A DNA stretch of 64,000 nucleotides from Dicyema japonicum (taxonomy: Eukaryota > Animalia > Dicyemida), in the NCBI GenBank assembly GCA_011109175.1, contig RDEW01000054.1, positions 221,885-285,884 of the forward strand, given 5' to 3'. Below are positions 63,111-64,000 of the stretch, piece after piece. The first letter of the stretch is position 1; every line of letters starts with the position of its first letter. The notes beneath the pieces were generated by a model. The model had not been told where the DNA came from, ran no database searches, and was given only the letters and a program-made list of their open reading frames with translations. Both the position numbers and the translations under genes were made by a program.

Positions 63111-63210
63111 ATTTATCAAAAGTGATTCGATTATTTAATTTTGTGACAAACCAAAATATATTATCAATAAAGAATTGAACTAAAAACAAAAATCAAATAA
63201 GCAGCTAAAC

Positions 63211-63847
<637 letters not shown>

Positions 63848-64000
63848 TTATCGAATAGACTGTGGTTAATAAATATTTAAAAATAATTTATTTAAAAAGA
63901 AACTAATTAAATCATAAATATAATTAATTTGAAAGTCACATGAATTGACTCCTTTTTTCCAACAAATATTATTTAGTTGTTTCACCATTCATTTATAGCC

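Overview
AT-rich eukaryotic (metazoan) genomic DNA, standard genetic code. It holds nine compact host genes split by very short GT-AG introns (mostly about 21-33 nt): CCDC96, VPS11, PRPF19, PDHB, a LAR-like receptor PTP, PWP2, a mollusc-type troponin C, a DAXX-like gene and a calcyphosin. This gene set plus the tiny introns suggests a reduced lophotrochozoan parasite such as a dicyemid mesozoan; that is inference, not proven. Much of the remainder is nested mobile DNA. The dominant family is a ~3 kb single-ORF, RNase H-less Ingi/Vingi-like LINE with more than 15 pieces here. Its copies share a 5' ACGTGGCGTYATGTGG motif containing the start codon, a variable leader peptide ending in a 2A/StopGo motif (GDIExNPGP) just before the AP endonuclease, and a covarying 3' RNA stem that usually brackets the stop codon. 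Copies repeatedly insert near the 3' ends of relatives (one with a perfect 36-bp target-site duplication, TSD), and one sits 16-30 nt upstream of the VPS11 start codon. Also present: a full-length, probably intact RTE-like LINE (9-bp TSD) inside a BovB-like RTE, CRE-like and R4/Dong-like RLE fragments, a hAT element (8-bp TSD) carrying an RTE fragment, a Tigger/pogo relic and a tRNA-derived SINE. Single-base homopolymer indels occur even in essential genes, so some frameshifts are probably assembly errors. All family calls come from motif recognition by eye; no database searches were run.
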